This document shows positions 14,253 through 21,019 of a stretch of DNA of 21,019 bases, piece by piece. This stretch comes from Myxococcales bacterium (GTDB lineage: Bacteria; Myxococcota_A; UBA9042; JABWCM01; BTVJ01), in contig BTVJ01000113.1 of NCBI GenBank assembly GCA_045863395.1, positions 1 to 21,019 of the forward strand. Direction: 5' to 3'. Below the pieces are notes generated by a model. The model searched no databases and was not told the origin of the DNA. It saw only the letters and a program-made list of their open reading frames with translations. Every line of letters starts with the position of its first letter. The first letter of the stretch is position 1. A program made the position numbers and the translations under genes.

Positions 14253-14522
14253 ATGCACGTTCCAACTCGACCACCGTCCTCCCGTACACGCTTCATCGCG
14301 GTTGCGATCATCGGCCACGCACTTCGCGTGAGGCGCTGGTGGCGAGTACTTGTCGCGGAAGCGCACGACAAGTACGCGCGGAGGAAGCCGTACCCGTTCG
14401 ACCGCACCCCCCCGGAAAAGTGGAAGGTCATGCAACTCCCCGTAGAGACATTCGGGGGGATCCGTCTGGCGAATGTGCATTGCGAGAATCTCAGCCGCGA
14501 GGTGTCTTCATGCGCGGAGTGA
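14253..14522 (+). CDS. Hypothetical protein (89 aa)
   Basis: AGGAG RBS immediately after the cro stop; 3' end overlaps the antisense ORF by 32 nt. Confidence 0.55.
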   Translation: MHVPTRPPSSRTRFIAVAIIGHALRVRRWWRVLVAEAHDKYARRKPYPFDRTPPEKWKVMQLPVETFGGIRLANVHCENLSREVSSCAE

Positions 14523-14721
14523 CGCTGTCCGCGAAGTGCAGCGCCTCGTTCCAGAGCGCATGTACGTCCGCTTCGGACCCCGCGATAGTCTGGCCCACCA
14601 GCCAGGCTTGTGCGGCGCACGTGCGATTGATGGCCAACCGAGTGGCCATGCCTTCCTCGTGCACCGCTTGGGTCAATCGTTCGATGGCCAGCCGAAGCTC
14701 CCGGATCTCTTCTGTATCCAT
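14491..14721 (-). CDS. Small helical hypothetical protein (76 aa), antisense to the right early operon
   Basis: GGGAGAAGGGA RBS within element B; MDTEEIRELRLAIERL...KTPRG. Confidence 0.7.
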   Translation of the reverse strand: MDTEEIRELRLAIERLTQAVHEEGMATRLAINRTCAAQAWLVGQTIAGSEADVHALWNEALHFADSVTPRMKTPRG

Positions 14722-14823
14722 GGTCCCTTCTCCCGTGGTTGGTCCGCGGCGCAGGACGGTGGCTCCACCACAGAGCCGTCGTGCGCCGAGCCCATGGTGC
14801 CACGGGAGAGGGGCCGCCCTCAA
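14719..14823. ncRNA. Structured ~105-nt element, copy B (inverted homologue of 9362-9464)
   Basis: Outer stem 14722-14738/14800-14815 and inner stem 14747-14760/14775-14788; TTGAGG-18-CACCAT on the minus strand. Confidence 0.65.
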
Positions 14824-14898
14824 TGCTCTGGTGCGCTGGCATGTGGGGCAGCTTGCCGCCGTCCTGGCCTATCCGCACGCACAGAGGGGGGCCTGACC

Positions 14899-15459
14899 GT
14901 GCCAATCACGCACCGCACGCCACGGGAGGTCCGCGCAGCGCTCTCGGCGCTCTCCGCCGAGGTGGGCTCCACCGAGCTCGCGCGGGCCGGCGGGGCTGAG
15001 GACCGCTCGACGGCGACCCGGTGGGTGAGCGGCGAGCTGCCCCTGTACCTGGACACGGCCTGCGCCGTCGCGCGGGCCTTCCAGGGCCAGGAGTGGGCGG
15101 AGCACGTCCGAGTCCTCGGGCGCGCCCTGGCCCTGGCCATCGCCGATGCCGCTGGGCTGCTCGACGGCGGGGCCCCGGCGGTCAGCCCCAGGGTCGCCGA
15201 GCAGACCTTCTGCGAGGGGGCGGCGGAGGCCGCGACGCTCGCAGCGGAGGAGGCTCGCCTCGCAGCCCGCATCGAGCGCGACGGGGTCGTCGACCGAGCC
15301 GACCTGCCCGCGCTGCAACGCTTGGAGGAGCGCCACATCACGCAGATCGACCGCGCGACGCAGCGCCTGGCGCTCGTCAGGCAGCATCGCCGGACCCTCG
15401 ACGGGGCGGACATCCGCCTCGTGCGCCCCGCCAACCCGGGGCCGGGGAGGCGGTCGTGA
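14899..15459 (+). CDS. CII-like phage regulatory protein (186 aa)
   Basis: N-terminal HTH (STELARAGG..DRSTATRWVSGE), helical C-terminus with DGVVDRADL; position after cro; GAGGGG RBS with GTG start. Confidence 0.7.
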   Translation: MPITHRTPREVRAALSALSAEVGSTELARAGGAEDRSTATRWVSGELPLYLDTACAVARAFQGQEWAEHVRVLGRALALAIADAAGLLDGGAPAVSPRVAEQTFCEGAAEAATLAAEEARLAARIERDGVVDRADLPALQRLEERHITQIDRATQRLALVRQHRRTLDGADIRLVRPANPGPGRRS

Positions 15460-15614
15460 TGGCCCGCGCGGCCCGGGCCGCAAGCCTCGCCCTGGTGCAC
15501 GGGGCCGTGCTGCTCGGGGGCGCGGCGATGGCCGTGGGGGTCGTGGGGATGCTGCTCCTCGTCACGTGGGGCGGCGGACCGTGGGATGGAGACGTGGAGG
15601 ACGAGGAGCGATGA
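15459..15614 (+). CDS. Small membrane protein (51 aa)
   Basis: One long hydrophobic segment and an acidic tail; coupled at both ends. Confidence 0.6.
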   Translation: MARAARAASLALVHGAVLLGGAAMAVGVVGMLLLVTWGGGPWDGDVEDEER

Positions 15615-16747
15615 GCCAGACCCTACACGAGGCCGAAGCAGACCGCCTGGAAACCCTCGCCGCGGAGCACGCCGACCTCCAGGCAGGCGAGCGCGACGCG
15701 GCCGCAGCCCTGCTCCAGTCCGCGGCGGAGCGCGGGCGCAGCATCGAGCTGCTCCGGGCGGCTGCGCGTCTGCTGCGGCACGGCGCCTCGCTGCAAGATG
15801 ATCCAGTCGCCGAGCCCGAGGATCCACCCACGCCGCGGGTGGGCGAGCCCGGGAGCGAGCCCGGCGGCGCCCCCGTCAGCTCGCTGGTGACGACCGGCGA
15901 CACCGGGGCCTCTGGCGGCCCTGTTGGCGACCGGGAGGGCTCCTGCAACGACGGCAACCCCTGCACCACCGAGGGCGCGCTCCCCTGCGGCCACCCGCAG
16001 GACGCAGTCAGAGGAAACGCCAAGGGCCCGGGCGGGACGCGGCACTGCGGCATCTGCGCGTCTCAATCCCCTCTCTGCGGGGTCGCCGTCGACTGTACCA
16101 CGGCCGCCGATCCACTCGCCACCACCACTCAGGACCGCATCCTCGCCGGCGCCGCCCTCGGACGCGCCCGGGCCGCGGAGCCCACGGAGTGCCCGGACTG
16201 CGGACGCACCATCGCGCGCGGCCAGATCCCCGGGCACCGGGGCACGGACTCGTGTAGGCGGGAGCAGGAGCGACGTGCCAGGGCTGAGGAGCGGGCCGCG
16301 GTGCTCGCGGCGCCCGTGTCCGATGCGCCGCCGGCCAGGCCCACGACCGTGATCCTGGGCGGGTCTACGTCACGCATCGTGACGTGCGACCTCTGCGGCC
16401 GCGAGATGCCACAGGCGGGGCTCATTCCGCACCGGGGGCGGGGGCCGTGCAAGGAGCGCCAGGCAGCGCAGCGGGCCGCGGTCGACGCCGAGCCCGCGGC
16501 CCCGGTCGCCCAGGCCGAGCCCAAGGCGGCACCCGTCGATGCCGGCGAGCCCAAGGTAGTGCTGCCCCTCTCGCGCCCCCAGCGCCGCCCCCTCCGGGCG
16601 GAGGACGTCCCCAGCAGCATCTGGGGGCGTCAGGTGCAGCCCGGCGAGCTGCGGGGTGTCGCCGTAAGCGTGACCCGCGCCATCGGGGCGGCCCCAGAGG
16701 TGACCACCGACAATCGACTCCCACGAGCGACGGAGGTGCTCTCGTGA
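15611..16747 (+). CDS. Hypothetical protein with repeated C2HC-type zinc fingers (378 aa)
   Basis: CPDCGR......GHRG..SC and CDLCGR......PHRG..PC, plus CGH...CGIC; GAGGAG RBS, ATGA coupling. Confidence 0.72.
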   Translation: MSQTLHEAEADRLETLAAEHADLQAGERDAAAALLQSAAERGRSIELLRAAARLLRHGASLQDDPVAEPEDPPTPRVGEPGSEPGGAPVSSLVTTGDTGASGGPVGDREGSCNDGNPCTTEGALPCGHPQDAVRGNAKGPGGTRHCGICASQSPLCGVAVDCTTAADPLATTTQDRILAGAALGRARAAEPTECPDCGRTIARGQIPGHRGTDSCRREQERRARAEERAAVLAAPVSDAPPARPTTVILGGSTSRIVTCDLCGREMPQAGLIPHRGRGPCKERQAAQRAAVDAEPAAPVAQAEPKAAPVDAGEPKVVLPLSRPQRRPLRAEDVPSSIWGRQVQPGELRGVAVSVTRAIGAAPEVTTDNRLPRATEVLS

Positions 16748-16932
16748 GGGCGCTCGTTGCGACGCTCTACATCTGCCGGCTCGGGGCCTTCGGGCCCACG
16801 GCTCAGATCCGCGCGCTCCGAAGTGCCATGGCGGGGGACGTGGCGCGCCCCGTGGACAAGGTGCGCGCGCCGAGCGAGGTGGAGCCTTGGCGGTGGAGAA
16901 CTGGGGCCGGCTGGCGGGAGGTGGCGCGATGA
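16744..16932 (+). CDS. Hypothetical protein (62 aa)
   Basis: GGAGGT RBS; GTGA and ATGA coupling at its ends. Confidence 0.55.
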   Translation: MRALVATLYICRLGAFGPTAQIRALRSAMAGDVARPVDKVRAPSEVEPWRWRTGAGWREVAR

Positions 16933-17165
16933 CGCCACTCATGGACGCGCCATTCTGCCCTGGGTGCGGACAGATCCAGGCTGGCAGCGGCTCGGACGGG
17001 GAGCCGTGTCCGCGGTGCGAGTACGAGACGTGCGGCGCTGCCTGGCCAACGGTCCGGAGCCTGCTCAATCAGCAGAAGAGGGACACGGGCTGGCGTGACG
17101 TGGACCTGTCGGCTGTTGCGCGGCTGGTGCAGCAGGCGCTCATGACAGAGGGGGTGCGGCCGTGA
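16929..17165 (+). CDS. Zinc-ribbon protein (78 aa)
   Basis: CPGC...CPRC; GGAGGT RBS. Confidence 0.65.
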   Translation: MTPLMDAPFCPGCGQIQAGSGSDGEPCPRCEYETCGAAWPTVRSLLNQQKRDTGWRDVDLSAVARLVQQALMTEGVRP

Positions 17166-17170
17166 TGCGG

Positions 17171-18139
17171 TCACTTCTGCCCGACTTCGCCCTCCCCCTC
17201 GCCGGCCAGCACCGCACGGAGCTGCGCCTCGGTCATGTGCTCCACGCGGAGCACCTCACCCTCGATGGTGTGGGGCTCCGACACGAAGGCCCGGGCCGCT
17301 TCGGGGGTCGGGAGCTTCTGACAGATCAGCCGGGCGCGGCGGAGGGGGAGCCGACTCAGATCCGACCCGGAGTCGAAAAGCGAACCGCGGTTCGCTTTTG
17401 GCCCCCCGAAGGTCTCCGCGATCTGCATGTACTGCTGCGCGATCCTCTCCTTCAGCCCAGCGTCCTCCCGGACGAAAGACTCCCACCGACCGTGGGGGAC
17501 GTGCTGGCGGACGTCGAGCAGCGCCAGGCCGATCCGGATGGCGCTCTCCAGCATGCGGCCCTTCTCTTGGTGGATCTCGTCGGCGCGGGCCCGGAGCCAG
17601 CCCTCGGAGCCGGGTGCCGCGATGGCCTCGCCGGCGGGGGCGGGGTCCGTGGGAGCCAGGGGACCGGGAACGACCGGGGGCGCCTCGCCGCGGCGGACAG
17701 AGCCCTCGGGCACCACCAGCACCGGGAAGGGCTCCCGCAGGGAGCGCGACAGGGCGTGCTCGTCGAGGGCGACGAAGGCCCGCGCCATCTCCAGGCCCTG
17801 GCGCACCACGAAGGCAGCAGACGACCAGCGGTCGAGCAGACCGTAGAAGGCCGTCTCCGCCTCCAGGGCCTCGATGATGCCGTCCCGCACCTCCATGGCC
17901 TCCATGGTGAGCAGGTAACGGCGCAGGGCCCGCGCCGGCCGATGCCAGTCCTCCGACCCGTCGAGCCGCAGCGGATCGCTCGTGACGTGCGCGAGCCGCA
18001 TCGTCTTGTCGCGGTCGAGGCGGGCCCGGCGCGCCTTCTCCTCGGGGCTGTCCTCGCGGCGGACCATGGCGCTTCCATCGGGGGCGGGCAGGGGGAGCTG
18101 CTTCGGGGCTTGGGTAGATCCGTGCTTGCGTGCTACCAT
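17171..18139 (-). CDS. DUF3102-domain protein
   Basis: AIRIGLALLDVRQHVPHGRWESFVREDAGLKERIAQQYMQIAE; ATG 18139 has GAGGTG (alternative start 18190). Confidence 0.78.
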   Translation of the reverse strand: MVARKHGSTQAPKQLPLPAPDGSAMVRREDSPEEKARRARLDRDKTMRLAHVTSDPLRLDGSEDWHRPARALRRYLLTMEAMEVRDGIIEALEAETAFYGLLDRWSSAAFVVRQGLEMARAFVALDEHALSRSLREPFPVLVVPEGSVRRGEAPPVVPGPLAPTDPAPAGEAIAAPGSEGWLRARADEIHQEKGRMLESAIRIGLALLDVRQHVPHGRWESFVREDAGLKERIAQQYMQIAETFGGPKANRGSLFDSGSDLSRLPLRRARLICQKLPTPEAARAFVSEPHTIEGEVLRVEHMTEAQLRAVLAGEGEGEVGQK

Positions 18140-18247
18140 CGGGGCACCTCTCGGCCTTCGGGCCGGGTTGGGGGCGGGGCGCTGGATCATCTTGCCGGGT
18201 GGCCAGCGCCTCGCTCGCTTTCCTCACCTCCTGGCACCAATCCGGAT

Positions 18248-18264
18248 AATTGTCAAGAACAATT
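18248..18264. promoter_or_regulatory. Palindromic operator in a divergent promoter region
   Basis: AATTGT-CAAGA-ACAATT overlapping a minus-strand TTGACA (18256-18251) in an AT-rich patch. Confidence 0.55.
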
Positions 18265-18278
18265 CATCGGAGCTAGCA

Positions 18279-18545
18279 ATGGCAGGGCGCGGACGGCCAC
18301 GCAAGTTCAGCGAGCCGACGGTCACGATCTGGACACGAGTCAGAGCCGGTCTTGGGAGCTGGCTCAACGAGCAGCGGGACATCCGCCTGTCCAAGGCCGA
18401 CGTGATCGCGTCCGCCCTCGAGCTCTACCTCACCCTCCGCTCCCCGCAGTCGCGCCCCCCCGGCTACGAGCTCTCGGAGGAGACCCGCGCCCTGCTCGCG
18501 GAGCTGCGGCCACCCGAGCCGCCACCCGACTCCTCGACGGAGTAG
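18279..18545 (+). CDS. Ribbon-helix-helix-like regulator with N-terminal GRPRK motif (88 aa)
   Basis: MAGRGRPRK...TVTIWTRV...WLNEQ...SKADVIASALELYL; GGAG RBS. Confidence 0.72.
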   Translation: MAGRGRPRKFSEPTVTIWTRVRAGLGSWLNEQRDIRLSKADVIASALELYLTLRSPQSRPPGYELSEETRALLAELRPPEPPPDSSTE

Positions 18546-18573
18546 CGGCCACCGACCGCAAGGGGGTAACCGC

Positions 18574-18888
18574 ATGAGCGCGGCCCCTTCGCCCACCCAG
18601 GCCCTGATCGCCGCCGAGTGCGACGCCATCAAGGCGATGCTCCTCGCGAAGAACGCCCGCTACGGAGACAGCGCCCTCGACCCGGTGCGCGTCTTCTCGC
18701 GTGCCGACTCCGTCGAGCAGATCAAGGTCCGCATCGACGACAAGCTCTCGCGCCTCGCCCGCGGGGCAGGGCAGGGCGCCGACGACCACGAGGACACCGA
18801 GGCCGACCTCATCGGCTACCTGGTCCTGCTCCGCGTGGCCCGCCGGCGCCTGGCGCCCGTCGCACAGAGAGACGGAGGTGACGCATGA
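18574..18888 (+). CDS. DUF1599-like (nucleotide-modification-associated) protein
   Basis: LLAKNARYGDS...VRIDDKLSRL...EDT.ADLIGYLVL. Confidence 0.82.
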   Translation: MSAAPSPTQALIAAECDAIKAMLLAKNARYGDSALDPVRVFSRADSVEQIKVRIDDKLSRLARGAGQGADDHEDTEADLIGYLVLLRVARRRLAPVAQRDGGDA

Positions 18889-19286
18889 CCGCCTCCACCC
18901 TCTGCGCCGCCGTCCTCGCCCTCGGGCACGCCGGCCCGGCACCCGTCGCCCGGGCCACCTGCGAGCACGTCGCCGCGTCCGCGGAGGCCCACGGCGTCCC
19001 CGTCGCCCTGGCCCTGGCCCTGGCGTGGCACGAGTCGCGCCTGTCGCCGGCGGCCGTCTCCCGGCGTGGCGCCGTCGGACCCCTCCAGGTGACGCGGTGG
19101 CTGCACCGGCGCGCCATCGACGTGACCGGTGCTGGCGTGGAGGAGCTGGCGCGCCTCCTGGGGCGTCACCGGCCCGAGAGGGCCATCTGCCACTACCAGC
19201 ACGGGGTCACCTGCCCGCCGTCTGGCCTGATCCGGGCGCGCAGGGTGCTGCGCCTGGCCTCCCGACTCCAACCGTCAGCACTGTGA
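18885..19286 (+). CDS. Small SLT-like lytic transglycosylase with signal-peptide-like N-terminus
   Basis: HGVPVALALALAWHESRLSPAAVSRRGAVGPLQV (catalytic ES and G.lQ motifs). Confidence 0.85.
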   Translation: MTASTLCAAVLALGHAGPAPVARATCEHVAASAEAHGVPVALALALAWHESRLSPAAVSRRGAVGPLQVTRWLHRRAIDVTGAGVEELARLLGRHRPERAICHYQHGVTCPPSGLIRARRVLRLASRLQPSAL

Positions 19287-19293
19287 GGAGACC

Positions 19294-20082
19294 ATGCTGT
19301 TCCACGCATCGACCCGCACCGCCACCCTCGTGAAGGGGGCCTTCGACAAGGACAAGCTCGGCAACCTGACCATGAAGCTCACCCTCTCGGTCGATCTTGA
19401 CGACGACGACATGGCCGTCCTCCAGATAGACCCCGAGGGCTTCGCGCGCTGGTCAAACAAGATCGAGAGCGACCTGGCCATCGGGCGATACGACCTGGAG
19501 GTGGGCGTTGGGGGCCTCACGTTCGAGGCGCGGGACGCGCTGCTCGCCAAGGCGAAGCTGATGAACACGCGCCTCCCTCGGGAAGATGACAAGCCCTGCA
19601 CGCAGCAGGCCCTGCCCGGCGTGCCGGCGAAGGAGCCCACGGAGCCCCCCGGCGCCAGGTGCTGGATCGAGTTCACCGCCGGGTTCGAGGTCGGCGACAT
19701 CGAGCCCGCCGCCTACGCGAAGCTGCACGCGTGCATCAAGAGCAGCATCCAGGTGTCCTTCGACTGCCGCAAGCCCTACGAGGACGAGATCCGCAGGCTG
19801 GCGGACCTCCACGACCTGCGAGACCTGCTGGACCTCGTGGGCACGCCCTACAGGGCCGAGCTGGATCGGATCATTGATCGCGTGATGGACAAGCGCGACT
19901 TCGGGGCCTCCGTCATCATGCCCTTCTACCTGCACATGGGGCTCCTGCGGGGCCTCGGCAACTGCCGTCCCGACGAGCTGCTCGACAGCCTCATCGCCGT
20001 GGCCAGGCTGGACCGGTTCGATGCGTTGCGGTCGCGCCTCGATGAGTTGGACGCGACGAACCTCGGGGCCAGCCTGAACTAG
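19294..20082 (+). CDS. Hypothetical protein (262 aa)
   Basis: GAGGAG RBS and strong GC3 codon pattern; no family recognised. Confidence 0.8.
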   Translation: MLFHASTRTATLVKGAFDKDKLGNLTMKLTLSVDLDDDDMAVLQIDPEGFARWSNKIESDLAIGRYDLEVGVGGLTFEARDALLAKAKLMNTRLPREDDKPCTQQALPGVPAKEPTEPPGARCWIEFTAGFEVGDIEPAAYAKLHACIKSSIQVSFDCRKPYEDEIRRLADLHDLRDLLDLVGTPYRAELDRIIDRVMDKRDFGASVIMPFYLHMGLLRGLGNCRPDELLDSLIAVARLDRFDALRSRLDELDATNLGASLN

Positions 20083-20094
20083 GGAGGGGGGACC

Positions 20095-20586
20095 ATGACC
20101 GGCTCCACAGGACCTGTCGACGTCACGCTGGACATCCCCATGGAGCCGCAGCCGAAGGCGCGCCCACGCGCCAGGGTGCTCCCGTCCGGGGTGGCCACCA
20201 TCTACACGCCGGCGAGCACCCGCAAGTGGGAGGCCACCGTAGCCTCGCTTGCCGCGATGCAGCTCCCGGGGACCATCATCGAGGGCCCGGTGCGCGTGGA
20301 CGTGCTCGCGGTGATGAGCCGGCCGAAGCGCCTGCTCCGCCGCAACGACCCGGACGGCCTCGTGTGGGCCCCGACCCGCCCCGACGGCGACAACATCCGC
20401 AAGGCGGTGCTCGACGCGCTTGCTCCGTTCTGGCGCGACGACGCGCAGGTCGTCGCCGGCGACACGCTCAAGGTCTACGCGGAGAAGACGGGGCGCCCGC
20501 GCACCGTGATCCGCATCCGCTCACTGCACGGGGTGGGGCTCCTGGCCGGCGGGCCGGAGTCATGCGCCGTCTCGTTGGGGCTGTAG
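20095..20586 (+). CDS. rusA: RusA-family Holliday junction resolvase
   Basis: PQPKARPR, RPDGDNIRKAVLDAL, WRDDAQVV. Confidence 0.93.
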   Translation: MTGSTGPVDVTLDIPMEPQPKARPRARVLPSGVATIYTPASTRKWEATVASLAAMQLPGTIIEGPVRVDVLAVMSRPKRLLRRNDPDGLVWAPTRPDGDNIRKAVLDALAPFWRDDAQVVAGDTLKVYAEKTGRPRTVIRIRSLHGVGLLAGGPESCAVSLGL

Positions 20587-20595
20587 GAGGCGCAC

Positions 20596-21019
20596 GTGGC
20601 CGAGACCCCCTATCGACACGTGCCGGCCGATCTGCTCGACCATCCGAAGTTCGCCCGGATGTCGGACGCAGCGCGGATAGTGCATCTCGGACTGCGAACC
20701 ATGGCAGACCACCACGGGCGAACTCAGGCGGATGCTTGGCTCGTATCTGACCGCTACTTCCGCTGGCTGGGCGAGGATGGCGTCCAAGCTGCCCTCGAGG
20801 AGAACGTTGCCAGGGGCTGGATGGTGCTCTACGTGGTGGATGACGTCCAGTGGGCGTGGTTCAGCGATACCGACTCCATGCACAAGCCGTCGTGGTTGGA
20901 GCGTGAGCGTCCGCGCTCGTCGCGCCCCATCCCCCCCGGGTATCAGGATCCGCGCGAGGAGTCGCCCCCGCGGAGTCCCGACGGACCCCCGCGGAGTCCC
21001 GACGGACCCCCGCGGAGTC
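20596..21019 (+). CDS. Phage replication initiator, N-terminal part (runs off the window)
   Basis: AGGAGG RBS and GTG start. The frame is open: MAETPYRHVPADLLDHPKFARMSDAARIVHLGLRTMADHHGR..., then a Pro-rich linker containing tandem repeats. Missing from the ORF track because it has no stop in the window. Confidence 0.75.
   Translation, partial: MAETPYRHVPADLLDHPKFARMSDAARIVHLGLRTMADHHGRTQADAWLVSDRYFRWLGEDGVQAALEENVARGWMVLYVVDDVQWAWFSDTDSMHKPSWLERERPRSSRPIPPGYQDPREESPPRSPDGPPRSPDGPPRS
20965..21019 (+). repeat. 21-bp tandem repeats (at least 2.6 copies), putative iterons of the phage origin
   Basis: CCCCCGCGGAGTCCCGACGGA at 20965-20985 and 20986-21006, partial copy at 21007-21019; in frame (PPRSPDG). 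Confidence 0.75.

Larger units (their letters stand above)
1..21019. mobile_element. Prophage, left arm (integration, early-left, immunity, early-right and replication modules); continues beyond the window
   Basis: Gene order tRNA 3' end, int, xis, recombination genes, divergent HTH repressor pair, CII-like, RusA, replication initiator. Many ATGA/GTGA-coupled small ORFs. Confidence 0.93.

Noticed and set aside
14920..14929. Extra CCACGGGAG able to pair with the 5' arm of element B (a similar GGTGCCACGGG lies near 4215-4225)
   Set aside because: Short, GC-rich and inside coding sequence; chance is sufficient.
15944..15970. CNDGNPCTT, resembling Cys-rich repeats of myxobacterial secreted proteins
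   Set aside because: A single short copy in a low-complexity linker; not enough to call a domain or host taxon.
17162..18577. 471-aa plus-strand ORF with GTGA coupling
   Set aside because: Translates as the shadow of the DUF3102 gene; its start is better read as an orphaned RBS at the insertion junction.
20965..21019. Possible CRISPR array
   Set aside because: The repeats are contiguous with no spacers, in frame within a CDS, and there are no cas genes.

Overview
High-GC temperate prophage (lambdoid organisation), left arm, starting at the 3' end of a tRNA (probably tRNA-Val) that serves as the att site. From the left: tyrosine integrase and excisionase, then a leftward early operon (small Zn proteins, C5 DNA methyltransferase, DUF6884-like protein, gene remnants, DEDDh exonuclease, SSB-like protein, YqaJ exonuclease, Rad50/SbcC-like ATPase). 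Next is an accessory/immunity island between a PL-like promoter and the repressor, holding an S24-like mini-gene, a hicB-hicA pair and a HigB-HigA-SecB-like toxin-antitoxin-chaperone (TAC) operon whose toxin is frameshifted. The cI/cro switch follows, then a rightward early operon (CII-like, Zn-finger proteins, an inserted DUF3102/RHH divergent pair, DUF1599, lytic transglycosylase, RusA, and a replication initiator with 21-bp iterons, cut by the window end). The most unusual signals are non-coding. One is a ~103-nt structured element with compensatory base changes, present once in each early operon and each time fused to a small antisense ORF. The other is a tandem two-unit, four-hairpin RNA at 4334-4468 sitting between two truncated genes. 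All family assignments come from motif recognition by eye; no searches were run.
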